DNA of 64,000 bases from Bryobacterales bacterium (GCA_947467395.1 CANIIC010000001.1:368-64367); one strand, 5' to 3'. Positions 48,588 through 57,865 are shown, numbered from the stretch's first letter. A program made the numbers and translations. Notes: generated by a model not told the origin, from the sequence alone.

Positions 48588-49753
48588 GCACACGAACTAT
48601 TCCGCTACGTATTCCGGCCACGGAGATGGCTCAAGAAGAGATTCGCAAACAAGTCGCGTTTTTGTCGCGCGCGGTGGGCAACGTCCGGTTTTCTGAGGAT
48701 GGGGCTTCCCTGCTGTTTGATGTAACCGGCGAGGCGCCGTCGGATCTGGACACCTCGGCGCAGCAGTTGGCGAATCAGGTGGCGCGCGCGTTGCGCAGCC
48801 TGGAACGCAAGGTGGTGTTTACCAGCCCGGCCTGCGCGGCACCCCAGTTCGCCCCGGAACTGGACTACACGGGCATTCACTTTCTGGGAACTGGACAGGT
48901 CGCTATGCAGGGAATCCCGCTGCGGTTGTTCCGCTACTTTGACCGTATTTTCGAAGGCTTCGGCGACGCCTGGAAAGCGGGCCCGTTGCTGACACCGACG
49001 CTGATTCCCACCAAAACACTTTCGCTGTGCGACTACTTTCGTTCGTTCCCGCACAATGTGACGTTCGCGTCCCACCTCCGTGAGGATGCGCACGTCATCG
49101 ATAACTTCCGCAAGCGACACCAGGAAAGCGATGACGTGGACGAACACGCCTTGGGGGACATGGAGCGGCCTGAGGCATGCCTGTCGCCCGCCGTCTGCTA
49201 TCACGTGTATCATCTGCACGAAAACCAGACCCTGCCGGCCGAAGGCACCGTCTATGGCATCTGCGGAAAATGCTTCCGCTATGAGTCTTCCAACCTGGAA
49301 GACCTGCGGCGTTTGTGGGACTTCACCATGCGGGAAGTGGTCTATCTGGGTTCTCGCGAATACGTCTTGTCGCAGCGGGAAATTTCTATTGAGATGATGG
49401 CGGCCTTCATGGAGACGCACCGCCTGGCCGGTGAAATCCGCACGGCCAGCGATCCTTTCTTCGTGGCTCCGGAAGCAGCCTCGAAGACCTACTTCCAATT
49501 AAGCTCCGACTCAAAATTCGAAGTCTCTCTGATGCTGCGCGATGGAGGCCGCCTGGCGGTGGGTTCCCACAACTACCACTCCGACTTTTTCGGCCGTGCG
49601 TTCCATACCAATATCGAGGGTGCGGCCGCCATGCACAGCGTTTGCATGGCGTTTGGACTGGAACGCTGGGTCCACGCCTTCCTCGATCAACATGGCGCCC
49701 ATCCGCGGCGCTGGCCCGATGCAATTCGGAACGCGCCAGAATTCCAGAAGTGA
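48584..49753 (+). CDS. Amino acid--[acyl-carrier-protein] ligase (SerRS-like class II aaRS homolog lacking a tRNA-binding domain)
   Basis: GTGA overlap with the carrier-protein stop. Its blocks match those recalled for Bll0957-type ligases: CLSPAVCYHVY, GKCFRYESS (motif 2), RLWDFTMREVVYLG, ASDPFFV, FEVSLML, SHNYHSDFFG and HSVCMAFGLERW (motif 3). Cys/Glu/Cys sit in Zn-ligand positions. There is an extra ~80-aa N-terminal region. Confidence 0.8.
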   Translation: MSTRTIPLRIPATEMAQEEIRKQVAFLSRAVGNVRFSEDGASLLFDVTGEAPSDLDTSAQQLANQVARALRSLERKVVFTSPACAAPQFAPELDYTGIHFLGTGQVAMQGIPLRLFRYFDRIFEGFGDAWKAGPLLTPTLIPTKTLSLCDYFRSFPHNVTFASHLREDAHVIDNFRKRHQESDDVDEHALGDMERPEACLSPAVCYHVYHLHENQTLPAEGTVYGICGKCFRYESSNLEDLRRLWDFTMREVVYLGSREYVLSQREISIEMMAAFMETHRLAGEIRTASDPFFVAPEAASKTYFQLSSDSKFEVSLMLRDGGRLAVGSHNYHSDFFGRAFHTNIEGAAAMHSVCMAFGLERWVHAFLDQHGAHPRRWPDAIRNAPEFQK

Positions 49754-49765
49754 GCATTTTTAGAA

Positions 49766-50653
49766 GTGAACATTGAAGTTCGATCGGTAACCGGCGCGGA
49801 TTTCGCCGGCGATGGCAGCCAGGTGCTGATGGCTGCGTGGGCTCCTCCGTCGCTCCGCTATTCCCCTCAGTACGTCGAGTGGCAACTGACGTTCCCAGGT
49901 CCGTGCGAGGCTCCGGCAGTCGCTGCATTTGAGGGCCGGCAGACAGTGGGCTTCGCCGCCAGTACTCATCGCCGCGTCTTCTCGGGCGGCCACCCGCTGG
50001 ATCTCCTCGTGGTGACCTTTGTCGCCGTCGATCCCAGAGTTCGTGGCCAAGGCATCGCTCACCGGCTTTACGCGGCGCTGCTCTCCGAAATCCGTCGCAC
50101 TGGGCTGCCTGTGATCACCTACGGTCGCAGTAACTCCTCCGGCCAGCGCGCGATTGAGCAGGCGTACCCACTCGCCGGCTTTTCCTTAAGCATCTTTGGT
50201 GAGTATGCACCCTATGCGACCATCCCCCGAACGGCAACGTCCGAAGGGTGGTCCAAATCGACGCTGTTGCCCCCCATCCCACAAGATGGTGACTTCGAGT
50301 ACAGCGCCCCCACTCCGGAGCAGTTTGCGCATTATTTTCGCGATCCGCGGGGACGCCACCTGTGGGCTCATGAGGGTGGCGGTTGGGCGTGGGCGACCGA
50401 AGTGGAATTTGTCTCCCCCAAGGGCGTAGAGACGGTCACATCCCTGGAATCGATCACCGGCGTGCCCATTGAGGCCCTCCCCGGCCTGGCGGCGGCAGCG
50501 GGTCAGGGCAAGTTGGTGCACGCGCCAAATTTACTCGGATACACCTCGCAGGAGTTGAGGCCGTTGGGTTTCCGCCAGACCACAGCCGCTTGGATCGGGT
50601 ACTGTGCTGGCAGGTCCACCAGCGCGCGCGGAATTAACCTCGAAATCATTTAA
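49766..50653 (+). CDS. Two-lobed GNAT-superfamily acyltransferase
   Basis: CoA-binding motif VDPRVRGQGIAHRLYAALL in the N-terminal lobe, plus a ~140-aa second lobe. GTG start without a clear RBS (start uncertain). Confidence 0.6.
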   Translation: MNIEVRSVTGADFAGDGSQVLMAAWAPPSLRYSPQYVEWQLTFPGPCEAPAVAAFEGRQTVGFAASTHRRVFSGGHPLDLLVVTFVAVDPRVRGQGIAHRLYAALLSEIRRTGLPVITYGRSNSSGQRAIEQAYPLAGFSLSIFGEYAPYATIPRTATSEGWSKSTLLPPIPQDGDFEYSAPTPEQFAHYFRDPRGRHLWAHEGGGWAWATEVEFVSPKGVETVTSLESITGVPIEALPGLAAAAGQGKLVHAPNLLGYTSQELRPLGFRQTTAAWIGYCAGRSTSARGINLEII

Positions 50654-50667
50654 AGCGCCTGCGGCTT

Positions 50668-51753
50668 CTAATCCGCTTTGTTGGAGAGCTTCAAAATTTC
50701 GATGAGCACGACGCCACCCATCAGCAGAGCCAGATCTGTGATCTCTGGAGTTCGGCCAGGAAGATACCGCTGCATCCATTCCCCCACCGCTAAGACTCCG
50801 AAGGGAAGGCCGACAGTCCACAGCAATCGCATGCCGGATCGTTGCAGGAACCAGGTAGTCGCCGTGTAGAGGAAGAGTTTTCGGAAGACCACGGTGTAAT
50901 ACTCGAGCCCCACCGCATCGAACCACGTGGAGAAGGGCGCCCAGGAGAACTCCTGCGGCGTATTCAGGAACGTGAAGGGCCGGAGTTCGTCCACCAGCAG
51001 CCAGATCAAGAGTCCTGCCGCGAACCACGACCGAGGGAGTTTGGGAAACGCCAAGACGGCGCCGGCCGCGGCACCCAGCACCACGTGGGGAGACAGGCTT
51101 CGATCCAGGATCACGAATTGTCCCACGGTCGCGGCAAACGCAAGCACCAGCCACGGGGTGGTGGCCTTGGCGTAGCGCAGCACAGCGAACCCGAACATGG
51201 CGGCAAAGAATAGCGGCCATGACCAAGCCGCGGGGTGGGTCCACTGGACCAATGTTGACGACCAGGAAATTCGGGGGACAAACGGGAAGAGCTGCCAGGA
51301 GAACCACAACCCGGTGAACAGGGCGGCCATGGGAGCCAGCCTCAATTGTTCAAGATGGCGGCGGAACCAGGGCGATGGGTTGCCCCGCAGGAATTCTGCC
51401 AGCAGGGCGCCCACCGCGGAACCAGCGGAGTTCGTCACAAGGTCATTAAGCGTGCTGTATCGCGACGGGGACCAGATCTGAAGATACTCAACCACGAAGG
51501 AAACACCGGCTGCGGTCAACGTCGCCAGCAGGACCATCCTGGAATTTCCTCCCAACGCGGAGCGAATGGAAAAGCCCAGAGGCACATAGAAGAGCAGGTT
51601 GAGAATCGCATCCAGCGCCTGCCGCCGGCCTGCCATCGGCAGCCACAGAAATCCCTCGCCCGGAGTGGGCGAAAACGTGCCCGGATACAGCGAGAGGTAG
51701 GCGATAACGGAGATGTAGAGGATCGCGAAAATACGTGCCTGGCGTGGTCCCAT
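50668..51753 (-). CDS. VanZ-like domain membrane protein with an extra C-terminal multi-TM region
   Basis: ATG 51753 (MGPRQARIFAILYISVIAYLSLYPG). VanZ-like blocks DAILNLLFYVPLGF, VEYLQIWSPSRYSTLNDLVTNSAGSAVG. About 6 further TM helices. Confidence 0.55.
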   Translation of the reverse strand: MGPRQARIFAILYISVIAYLSLYPGTFSPTPGEGFLWLPMAGRRQALDAILNLLFYVPLGFSIRSALGGNSRMVLLATLTAAGVSFVVEYLQIWSPSRYSTLNDLVTNSAGSAVGALLAEFLRGNPSPWFRRHLEQLRLAPMAALFTGLWFSWQLFPFVPRISWSSTLVQWTHPAAWSWPLFFAAMFGFAVLRYAKATTPWLVLAFAATVGQFVILDRSLSPHVVLGAAAGAVLAFPKLPRSWFAAGLLIWLLVDELRPFTFLNTPQEFSWAPFSTWFDAVGLEYYTVVFRKLFLYTATTWFLQRSGMRLLWTVGLPFGVLAVGEWMQRYLPGRTPEITDLALLMGGVVLIEILKLSNKAD

Positions 51754-51985
51754 GGAGGAAGCTCCAGCGTCGCATGCGGTTGGCGCGGACGGCAAGCAAT
51801 GTGACGCGACGAAACGCAGGAGGTCTTGCTCGCCTCGAAGCACCAGCCTCGCTTTTACCCCACGGTCCCAGGATCGTGCAACCGCAGAAGCCCCCTCCGA
51901 TTGTCATCGGGGCAGTTTCCCGGTTCTAAGTCACCTTGACTTCAAAAGCACCCACCGCTAGCATTAGCAACCGGGGGGAAGTTGG

Positions 51986-52372
51986 ATGAAATGGAATCGT
52001 TTCGCAACTCTGGCGGTCCTTGCTGGGCTGCCATTGAGCGCGCATCACTCGTTCGAAGCCGAATACGACGCCAAAAAGCCGATCACGATTGTTGGCAAGG
52101 TGAGCAAGATGGACTGGATGAATCCGCACATCTTCATCCACATCGAAGGCACGGACGACAAGGGCAACAAGGGCACGTGGTCGTGCGAAGGCGGGAACCC
52201 GAACTCACTCCGGCGCAACGGGTGGGTGAAGAACACCGTGCAGGTGGGCGATGAGATCACCATCGAAGGCTCGCGCGCGAAGGACGGCTCGAACTTCTGC
52301 AACGCCCGCGCCGTGAAGCTGGCGAGCGGCAAGCGTATTTTCGCAGCCTCTTCGGGCGGCGACGGCAACTAA
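51986..52372 (+). CDS. Small secreted protein (resembles the family annotated DUF6152, from memory)
   Basis: Signal peptide MKWNRFATLAVLAGLPLSA followed by HHSFEAEYD, and blocks MDWMNPHIFIHI and EGSRAKDGS. Confidence 0.55.
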   Translation: MKWNRFATLAVLAGLPLSAHHSFEAEYDAKKPITIVGKVSKMDWMNPHIFIHIEGTDDKGNKGTWSCEGGNPNSLRRNGWVKNTVQVGDEITIEGSRAKDGSNFCNARAVKLASGKRIFAASSGGDGN

Positions 52373-52388
52373 AGAACCAAAAAACAAA

Positions 52389-52422
52389 AATGGCGCCGAA
52401 GCGGACCCCCGCTCGGCGCCAT
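52389..52422. terminator. Bidirectional intrinsic terminator between convergent genes
   Basis: 11-bp stem aatggcgccga / tcggcgccatt, flanked by an A-run upstream (a T-run for the minus-strand gene) and a T-rich stretch downstream. Confidence 0.7.
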
Positions 52423-52437
52423 TCGTGTTTCTGGAAC

Positions 52438-53271
52438 CTAGTGTTCCTTGCGTTCGCCGGCGAGATGCAGCACGTCGAGCTGGTTGCCCAGGTCGTCCTG
52501 ATTCTCATTGCAGATGTTTTCCATAATTTCCCAGCCCTCGGCGAGCTGCGAAGTCTGGGTCACCTTCCAGGGCTTGGTGTAGGCGCCCGGATCGTCAATG
52601 GTGACTTCCGCCACCAGCTTGCCCTTTTCCGGACGGGTGTAGCGCTCAGTAACGTGCAGCTGGCTGGTGCGCGGGTGGCCATCGGCATCGAGCCAAGCCT
52701 GATTGGTACGGCCATCGCCGAAGCCCAGGCCCACAGTATCGATGACGAGCGTGTCGCCCTCCCAGTGGCCAACGGAATCGCCCCAGTAGGTTTCCTTCAC
52801 GCTGGGGTCATGCTTGCGGCCGTCCATGAAGATCTGGCGGTAGCCGTGAACGTTTCCTTCATAGAGGAACACGATCAGCTTGTCGGTCTGGATGATTTTC
52901 CAGGGATACGGGTTCACGCGAGGCGTGCCCATGGGGAGGCAGAAGCCTTCCGGATCGAAGCGGCTTTCGTCGATATCGAAACGTTGATGCAGGGCATCCT
53001 TGGCCCACTGCTGCATCGGCACGTCTTCGGGCTTGAGGTCGCGCGCGATATTGTGCGCGAAGCCTTCCTTGCCGCGAACATCGCCGGGGCCATAGCCAGG
53101 AGCGTGATAGACGCCAGTCAAATCCACTTTGCCGTCGGAGGTGCGCGGCGTGGGAACGCCCTTCTTCGCGGCTCCCTTGCCCTTATTCAGCGAACCCGCC
53201 GGAGCCTGCGCGAAGGCCACCGAGAGGGCCATCGCCAACATTGCACTGCCAAATACCAGGTACTTTTTCAT
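52438..53271 (-). CDS. Secreted protein of unknown function, tandem paralog A
   Basis: Signal peptide MKKYLVFGSAMLAMALSVAFAQ. Blocks CLPMGTPRV, WGDSVGHWEGDTLVIDTVG and TIDDPGAYTKPW. The mirrored plus-strand ORF is rejected. Confidence 0.6.
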   Translation of the reverse strand: MKKYLVFGSAMLAMALSVAFAQAPAGSLNKGKGAAKKGVPTPRTSDGKVDLTGVYHAPGYGPGDVRGKEGFAHNIARDLKPEDVPMQQWAKDALHQRFDIDESRFDPEGFCLPMGTPRVNPYPWKIIQTDKLIVFLYEGNVHGYRQIFMDGRKHDPSVKETYWGDSVGHWEGDTLVIDTVGLGFGDGRTNQAWLDADGHPRTSQLHVTERYTRPEKGKLVAEVTIDDPGAYTKPWKVTQTSQLAEGWEIMENICNENQDDLGNQLDVLHLAGERKEH

Positions 53272-53288
53272 TGGTGTTGTCCCTTCCT

Positions 53289-53984
53289 CTAGTGAACCGC
53301 GATCAGGCCCTGTTTGCGCAGGCCGGCTTCGGTGCAGGTGTACTCTTTGATTTCACGATTCGCCGCGGCCAGGGTGTGCTGACGCGTGAAGGTGACCGGC
53401 TTGGTGAACGCGCCGGGATCTTCCATGGTGATGCTGACGTTGAGATGCGTAGCGTCGGGACGCGTATAGCGCTCCACCACATGCAGCTGCTCAGAATGCG
53501 GCAGACCCTGCGCATTCAGCCAGGTAAGGTCATTAAAACCAATGGTATCCACCACCAACGTGTCGCCTTCCCACTTGGCGATCGAATGGCCCATCCAGTT
53601 GTTTTCCCACTCAGCGGCCGGAACGTGCGGCGTGTTCAGGTGGAACTGGCGGAAGCTGTGCGTGCCGCCTTCGAACATCATCAGGACCACGTCCGGAGTC
53701 TGCATGATCTTGAACGGTTCCGCCGTGATACGCGGAACGCCGGTCGGCAGGCAGCGGGCGACGGGATCTTTTTCTTTCCCCTTACCGCTGCGTCGCTCAT
53801 CATAAACCTTCTGCATCTTGGCGTTCAGCGTGACCTGACCCACGTTGGCATAGGTCTTTGCGTCGCTAGTCCAGATCCCGGTGAAGTCCGGCTTACCGTC
53901 TTTCGTTTTTGGCACCGGGCCTTGCGCGGCGACCGGTAGCAACGACACAGCGAACAACGCCGTGAGAATTCCCCACTTCATCAA
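53289..53984 (-). CDS. Secreted protein of unknown function, tandem paralog B
   Basis: Signal peptide MMKWGILTALFAVSLLPVAAQ. Blocks CLPTGVPRI, WMGHSIAKWEGDTLVVDTIG and TMEDPGAFTKP. Confidence 0.6.
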   Translation of the reverse strand: MMKWGILTALFAVSLLPVAAQGPVPKTKDGKPDFTGIWTSDAKTYANVGQVTLNAKMQKVYDERRSGKGKEKDPVARCLPTGVPRITAEPFKIMQTPDVVLMMFEGGTHSFRQFHLNTPHVPAAEWENNWMGHSIAKWEGDTLVVDTIGFNDLTWLNAQGLPHSEQLHVVERYTRPDATHLNVSITMEDPGAFTKPVTFTRQHTLAAANREIKEYTCTEAGLRKQGLIAVH

Positions 53985-54075
53985 ATTGCCCCCCTAGGCG
54001 GATCCGACCCTCCGCAGAGGGTGGAATTCAACGGATGGTAACGCGATCCCTCCAGGGTGTCAATCGGTGGCCGTC

Positions 54076-54104
54076 TTGACCTAGATCCCATGTTGATATA
54101 GACT
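54076..54104 (+). promoter_or_regulatory. Sigma70-like promoter candidate for the TonB-receptor gene
   Basis: TTGACC-N17-TAGACT lies 84 nt upstream of ATG 54188. This is a consensus match only. Confidence 0.2.
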
Positions 54105-54187
54105 TACCGGAGCCTGGAGTGTCTTTACTGGGGGGTCTTTCCATTGAGCCTAGGCTTTTTCGCTCACCAATGTTAGGGGGGTAGTGC

Positions 54188-57100
54188 ATGCGTTTTTTCA
54201 AACTATTAACTTGTGTCCTGATGCTGGCCGCCGTGATGTTCGCCCAAGGCGACCGCGGCACTATCACGGGCACGATCATCGATCCGGGCGGCGCGGTTGT
54301 TCCCAACGCACCAATCGTGGTTAAGAACTCAGAAACGGGTGCGACGTATCAAATCGCATCCACGACCACCGGCAACTACACGCTGCCGGGCCTGCCGGCC
54401 GGCACGTATGAATTGAACGTGACGGTATCGGGCTTCAAGACGTACACCCGCACTGGCCTTACGATTGCCGTCGCGGCAACCGTGCGTATTGACGTGGCTC
54501 TGGAGTTGGGCAATGCGACCGAGTCGGTCACGGTGAGCGATGCGGCTCCGTTGCTGAAGACGGAAAGCGGCGAACTCAGCCACAACGTGACGTCGGATCG
54601 CTTGAACACGCTGCCGGTGCTGGGTATCGGGGCGGGTCAGGCAGGATCGTCCGGCATTCGCAACCCGAACGCGGTGTTGAGCCTGATTCCGGGCGCTTAC
54701 TATACGGCGAACTCGGAAGTGCGCGTGAACGGGGCTCCGGACAATACGCAGTCGCTGCGTATTGAAGGCCTGGACGCAACCAACAGCGGCACGCCCGGCA
54801 CGCCGGCGCAATCGCAGCCGTCGGTGGACGCGATTCAGGAAATCACGGTGCAGACGTCGAACTTCGCGGCCGAATACGGCCAGGTGGGCGGCGGCTTCTT
54901 CAACGTGACGATGAAGTCCGGCACCAACAAGTTCCACGGCACCGGCTATGACTACCTGGTGAACGAAGCGCTGAACGCGGCGCAGCCGTTCACCGATAAC
55001 GGATCGGGCGGCAAGATCAAGACTCGCGCTCGCCGTCAGGATTACGGCTTCACCATCGGTGGACCGGTGTTGATCCCGAAAATCTACGATGGCCATGACA
55101 AGACGTTCTTCTTCTTCAACTGGGAAGAGTTCCGCGAATTCACGCTGCAGAACACAACGTCGCAGACGGTTCCGGCCGCTGCGTACCGCACCGGCGACTT
55201 CACTCGCGCCCTGACCGGCCGCACTCTGTGCCCGTCAGCGGCTTGCACGGCGGCGTTTGCCGATCCTCGTGGAAACTCGATTCTGGAAGGGCAGGTATTT
55301 GACCCGAACTCGACCCAGACGGTGAGCGGCGTTCGCTTGCGCGATGCGTTTGCCGGCAACCAGATTCCGGTGGCGCGCTTCGACCCGGTTGCGGCGAAGA
55401 TCCAGAATCTGATCCCGCTGCCTCTCGGGCCGAACGCGAACAGCCTCACGCTGAACTACCTGCCGACTTACAAGGCGGACCGCGTGACGCACATTCCGGC
55501 AATCAAAATTGACCAGAACATCGGCTCGAAGGATAAAATCTCCTTCTACTGGTCGAAGACCAACACGTCCAGTGCGATCGCTCCGGGCCTCGGCAACGCC
55601 GACGGTTTGCCGGACCCGATCACGTCGGCGATCGGCACGTTCATCCCGTCCTATGTGTCGCGTTTGAACTACGACCGCACCCTGACGCCGACCATGCTGC
55701 TGCACTTGGGCATCGGTTACCAGAGTGTGGATCAAGGCGTGCCTTCGGTGAACACCGACGGTACGGTGCGCAACTACGACGTCGAAAAAGAGATCGGCCT
55801 CAAGGGCGGTATCATCAACAAGTTCTTCCCGACCTTCAGCGGCCTGACATTCGGCGGCGGCACGGGTGGCATGAAGAACTTCGGCTCACAGTCTGATACG
55901 CACAACTACACGCAAAAGCCGACCTTCAACGCCAGCTTGACGGACGTTCGCGGCAACCACAGCTTCAAGTACGGCGCGGAACTTCGCCTGGAAGGATACC
56001 CCGCGAAGAACTTCGGCACGGCGGGCGGCGCGTATGGATTCAGCTACGCGCAGACGGCGCAGCCTTACTGGAACGGCAACCTGATTTCCGGCACCACGTC
56101 GGGCTTCCCGTACGCCAGCTTCCTGCTGGGTCAGGTGAACAACGGCACCATCGGCAACCCGGTGACGCCGCGCCTGGGCAAGAAGCAGCTGGGCATCTTC
56201 GTGCAGGACACGTGGAAGCTGACGCGCAAGCTGACGCTGGATTACGGCCTGCGCTACGACTATTCCACCTACCTGCAGGAACAGTACAACCGCATTCCGT
56301 GGTTCTCTGAAAACGTCGTGAACCCGACGGTGGGCCGCAACGGCGGCGTGATCTTCGATCAGACCGACACGTTGGGCAAGTTGGCAAAGAACTACCCGCT
56401 GGCGTTCGGTCCGCGTTTGGGTGTGTCTTATCAGTTGGATTCGAAGACGGTGGTTCGCGCGGGCTTCGGTGTGGTGTACAACGGTACAGCACCGAACAAC
56501 AACGCGGGTGGTGGCTTGGCTAACTCGACCAACAACTTCACCACCAGCCAGTTCGGCGATCCGATCACCACGTTGGCCGTAGGCATCCCGACCAGCTTCC
56601 GCCCGGTGGCGTGGCCGAACACGAACCCTGGCCTGTTCCCGTTGACCCGCACGTCGGCTCCGGCTGCAATGCCGGCTCCGCGGTTGGATCAGAACGCGGG
56701 CCGTCCGGCCCGCCAGTATCAGTGGAGCATCGGCATCCAGCGTGAAGTCACGCGGGACCTGGTGATCGAAGCCAGCTACGTCGCCAATCGCGGCGTGTGG
56801 TGGAATGCACCGGCTCTGCTGAACCTGAACGCGCTGACTCCGGCGATGTTGCAGAGTGCGGGCCTCGACTTCAGCAATGCCGCAGATCGCACTCTGCTGA
56901 CGTCGACGCTGTCTTCGGCTGCGGCCACGGCGCGCGGCTTCAACACACGTCTGCCATATTCGGGTTTCTCGACCGGCCAGACCGTCGCGCAGTCGTTGCG
57001 CGCGTTCCCGCAGTTCACCACGATCCAGACCTACTGGGATCCGCTGGGCAAGACCTGGTATGACTCGCTGCAGGCGAAAGCCACACAGCGCTTGTCGCAC

Positions 57101-57865
57101 GGCCTGAGCCTGACGGGCACCTTTACTTGGTCGCGCAGCTTGCAGTTGGGTGCCGAACGTGACCCGAACCCGGGTTCCACGGGTAACGTCGTTACCAACG
57201 ACGTGTTCAACCGCAACAACAATAAGTACCTCTCGCTGCACGATCAGCCGTTCCTCTTCAACATTGCGGCAACGTATCTGACGCCGGCGGCCATGGACCA
57301 GAAGGTGGTCAAGTGGTTGACGCGTGACTGGAGCATCGGCACGTACCTGGCATACGGAAGCGGTCTGCCGCTGCCGGTGCCGACGGCGAATAACAACTTG
57401 AGCAACCAGTTGTTCCAGGGCACATTCGCCAATCGCGTGGCCGGTGAGCCGCTGTTCACCGCCGACCTGAACTGCCATTGCTTCGATCCATCGACCACCT
57501 TCGTGCTGAACCCGAAGGCGTGGTCGGATCCGGCGGCCGGCCAGTTCGGCAGCTCCACCGCGTACTACACGGACTTCCGTAAGCAGCGCCGTCCCAACGA
57601 GAACTTGAACGTTGGCCGTACGTTCCGCTTGAAGGAAGGCATCACGCTGAACGTGCGCGCGGAGTTCACCAACATCTTCAATCGTTGGGTGGTGAACAAC
57701 CCGGTGAGCGGCAACGCGAACCAGGCGCAAACGCGGAACGCGAACGGCACGACGAACGGCGGTTTCGGCTTCATCGACCGCACGACGCAGACCGGTGGTA
57801 CCACGGCTGCGATTGTGAACATCTCTCCCAGGAGCGGTGTGCTGGTGGGTCGCATCACGTTCTAA
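54188..57865 (+). CDS. TonB-dependent receptor-like outer-membrane protein with a carboxypeptidase-regulatory-like N-terminal domain
   Basis: Signal peptide, then GTITGTIIDPGGAVVPNAPIVVKNSETGATYQIASTTTGNYTLPGLPAGTYELNVTVSGFKTY, then a plug-like region, a long beta-strand-rich barrel and a C-terminal Phe (GRITF). 1225 aa. Confidence 0.85.
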   Translation: MRFFKLLTCVLMLAAVMFAQGDRGTITGTIIDPGGAVVPNAPIVVKNSETGATYQIASTTTGNYTLPGLPAGTYELNVTVSGFKTYTRTGLTIAVAATVRIDVALELGNATESVTVSDAAPLLKTESGELSHNVTSDRLNTLPVLGIGAGQAGSSGIRNPNAVLSLIPGAYYTANSEVRVNGAPDNTQSLRIEGLDATNSGTPGTPAQSQPSVDAIQEITVQTSNFAAEYGQVGGGFFNVTMKSGTNKFHGTGYDYLVNEALNAAQPFTDNGSGGKIKTRARRQDYGFTIGGPVLIPKIYDGHDKTFFFFNWEEFREFTLQNTTSQTVPAAAYRTGDFTRALTGRTLCPSAACTAAFADPRGNSILEGQVFDPNSTQTVSGVRLRDAFAGNQIPVARFDPVAAKIQNLIPLPLGPNANSLTLNYLPTYKADRVTHIPAIKIDQNIGSKDKISFYWSKTNTSSAIAPGLGNADGLPDPITSAIGTFIPSYVSRLNYDRTLTPTMLLHLGIGYQSVDQGVPSVNTDGTVRNYDVEKEIGLKGGIINKFFPTFSGLTFGGGTGGMKNFGSQSDTHNYTQKPTFNASLTDVRGNHSFKYGAELRLEGYPAKNFGTAGGAYGFSYAQTAQPYWNGNLISGTTSGFPYASFLLGQVNNGTIGNPVTPRLGKKQLGIFVQDTWKLTRKLTLDYGLRYDYSTYLQEQYNRIPWFSENVVNPTVGRNGGVIFDQTDTLGKLAKNYPLAFGPRLGVSYQLDSKTVVRAGFGVVYNGTAPNNNAGGGLANSTNNFTTSQFGDPITTLAVGIPTSFRPVAWPNTNPGLFPLTRTSAPAAMPAPRLDQNAGRPARQYQWSIGIQREVTRDLVIEASYVANRGVWWNAPALLNLNALTPAMLQSAGLDFSNAADRTLLTSTLSSAAATARGFNTRLPYSGFSTGQTVAQSLRAFPQFTTIQTYWDPLGKTWYDSLQAKATQRLSHGLSLTGTFTWSRSLQLGAERDPNPGSTGNVVTNDVFNRNNNKYLSLHDQPFLFNIAATYLTPAAMDQKVVKWLTRDWSIGTYLAYGSGLPLPVPTANNNLSNQLFQGTFANRVAGEPLFTADLNCHCFDPSTTFVLNPKAWSDPAAGQFGSSTAYYTDFRKQRRPNENLNVGRTFRLKEGITLNVRAEFTNIFNRWVVNNPVSGNANQAQTRNANGTTNGGFGFIDRTTQTGGTTAAIVNISPRSGVLVGRITF

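Noticed and set aside
50668-51843. Candidate exosortase (EpsH) for the PEP-CTERM protein
   Set aside because: This multi-TM protein sits next to the EPS locus, but its conserved blocks are VanZ-like. I found no exosortase-type Cys/Arg/His motif arrangement.
52390-53939. Plus-strand ORFs 52390..53292 and 53241..53939
   Set aside because: They mirror the two minus-strand secreted paralogs. The minus-strand products have signal peptides and mutual homology, and the plus-strand ones do not.
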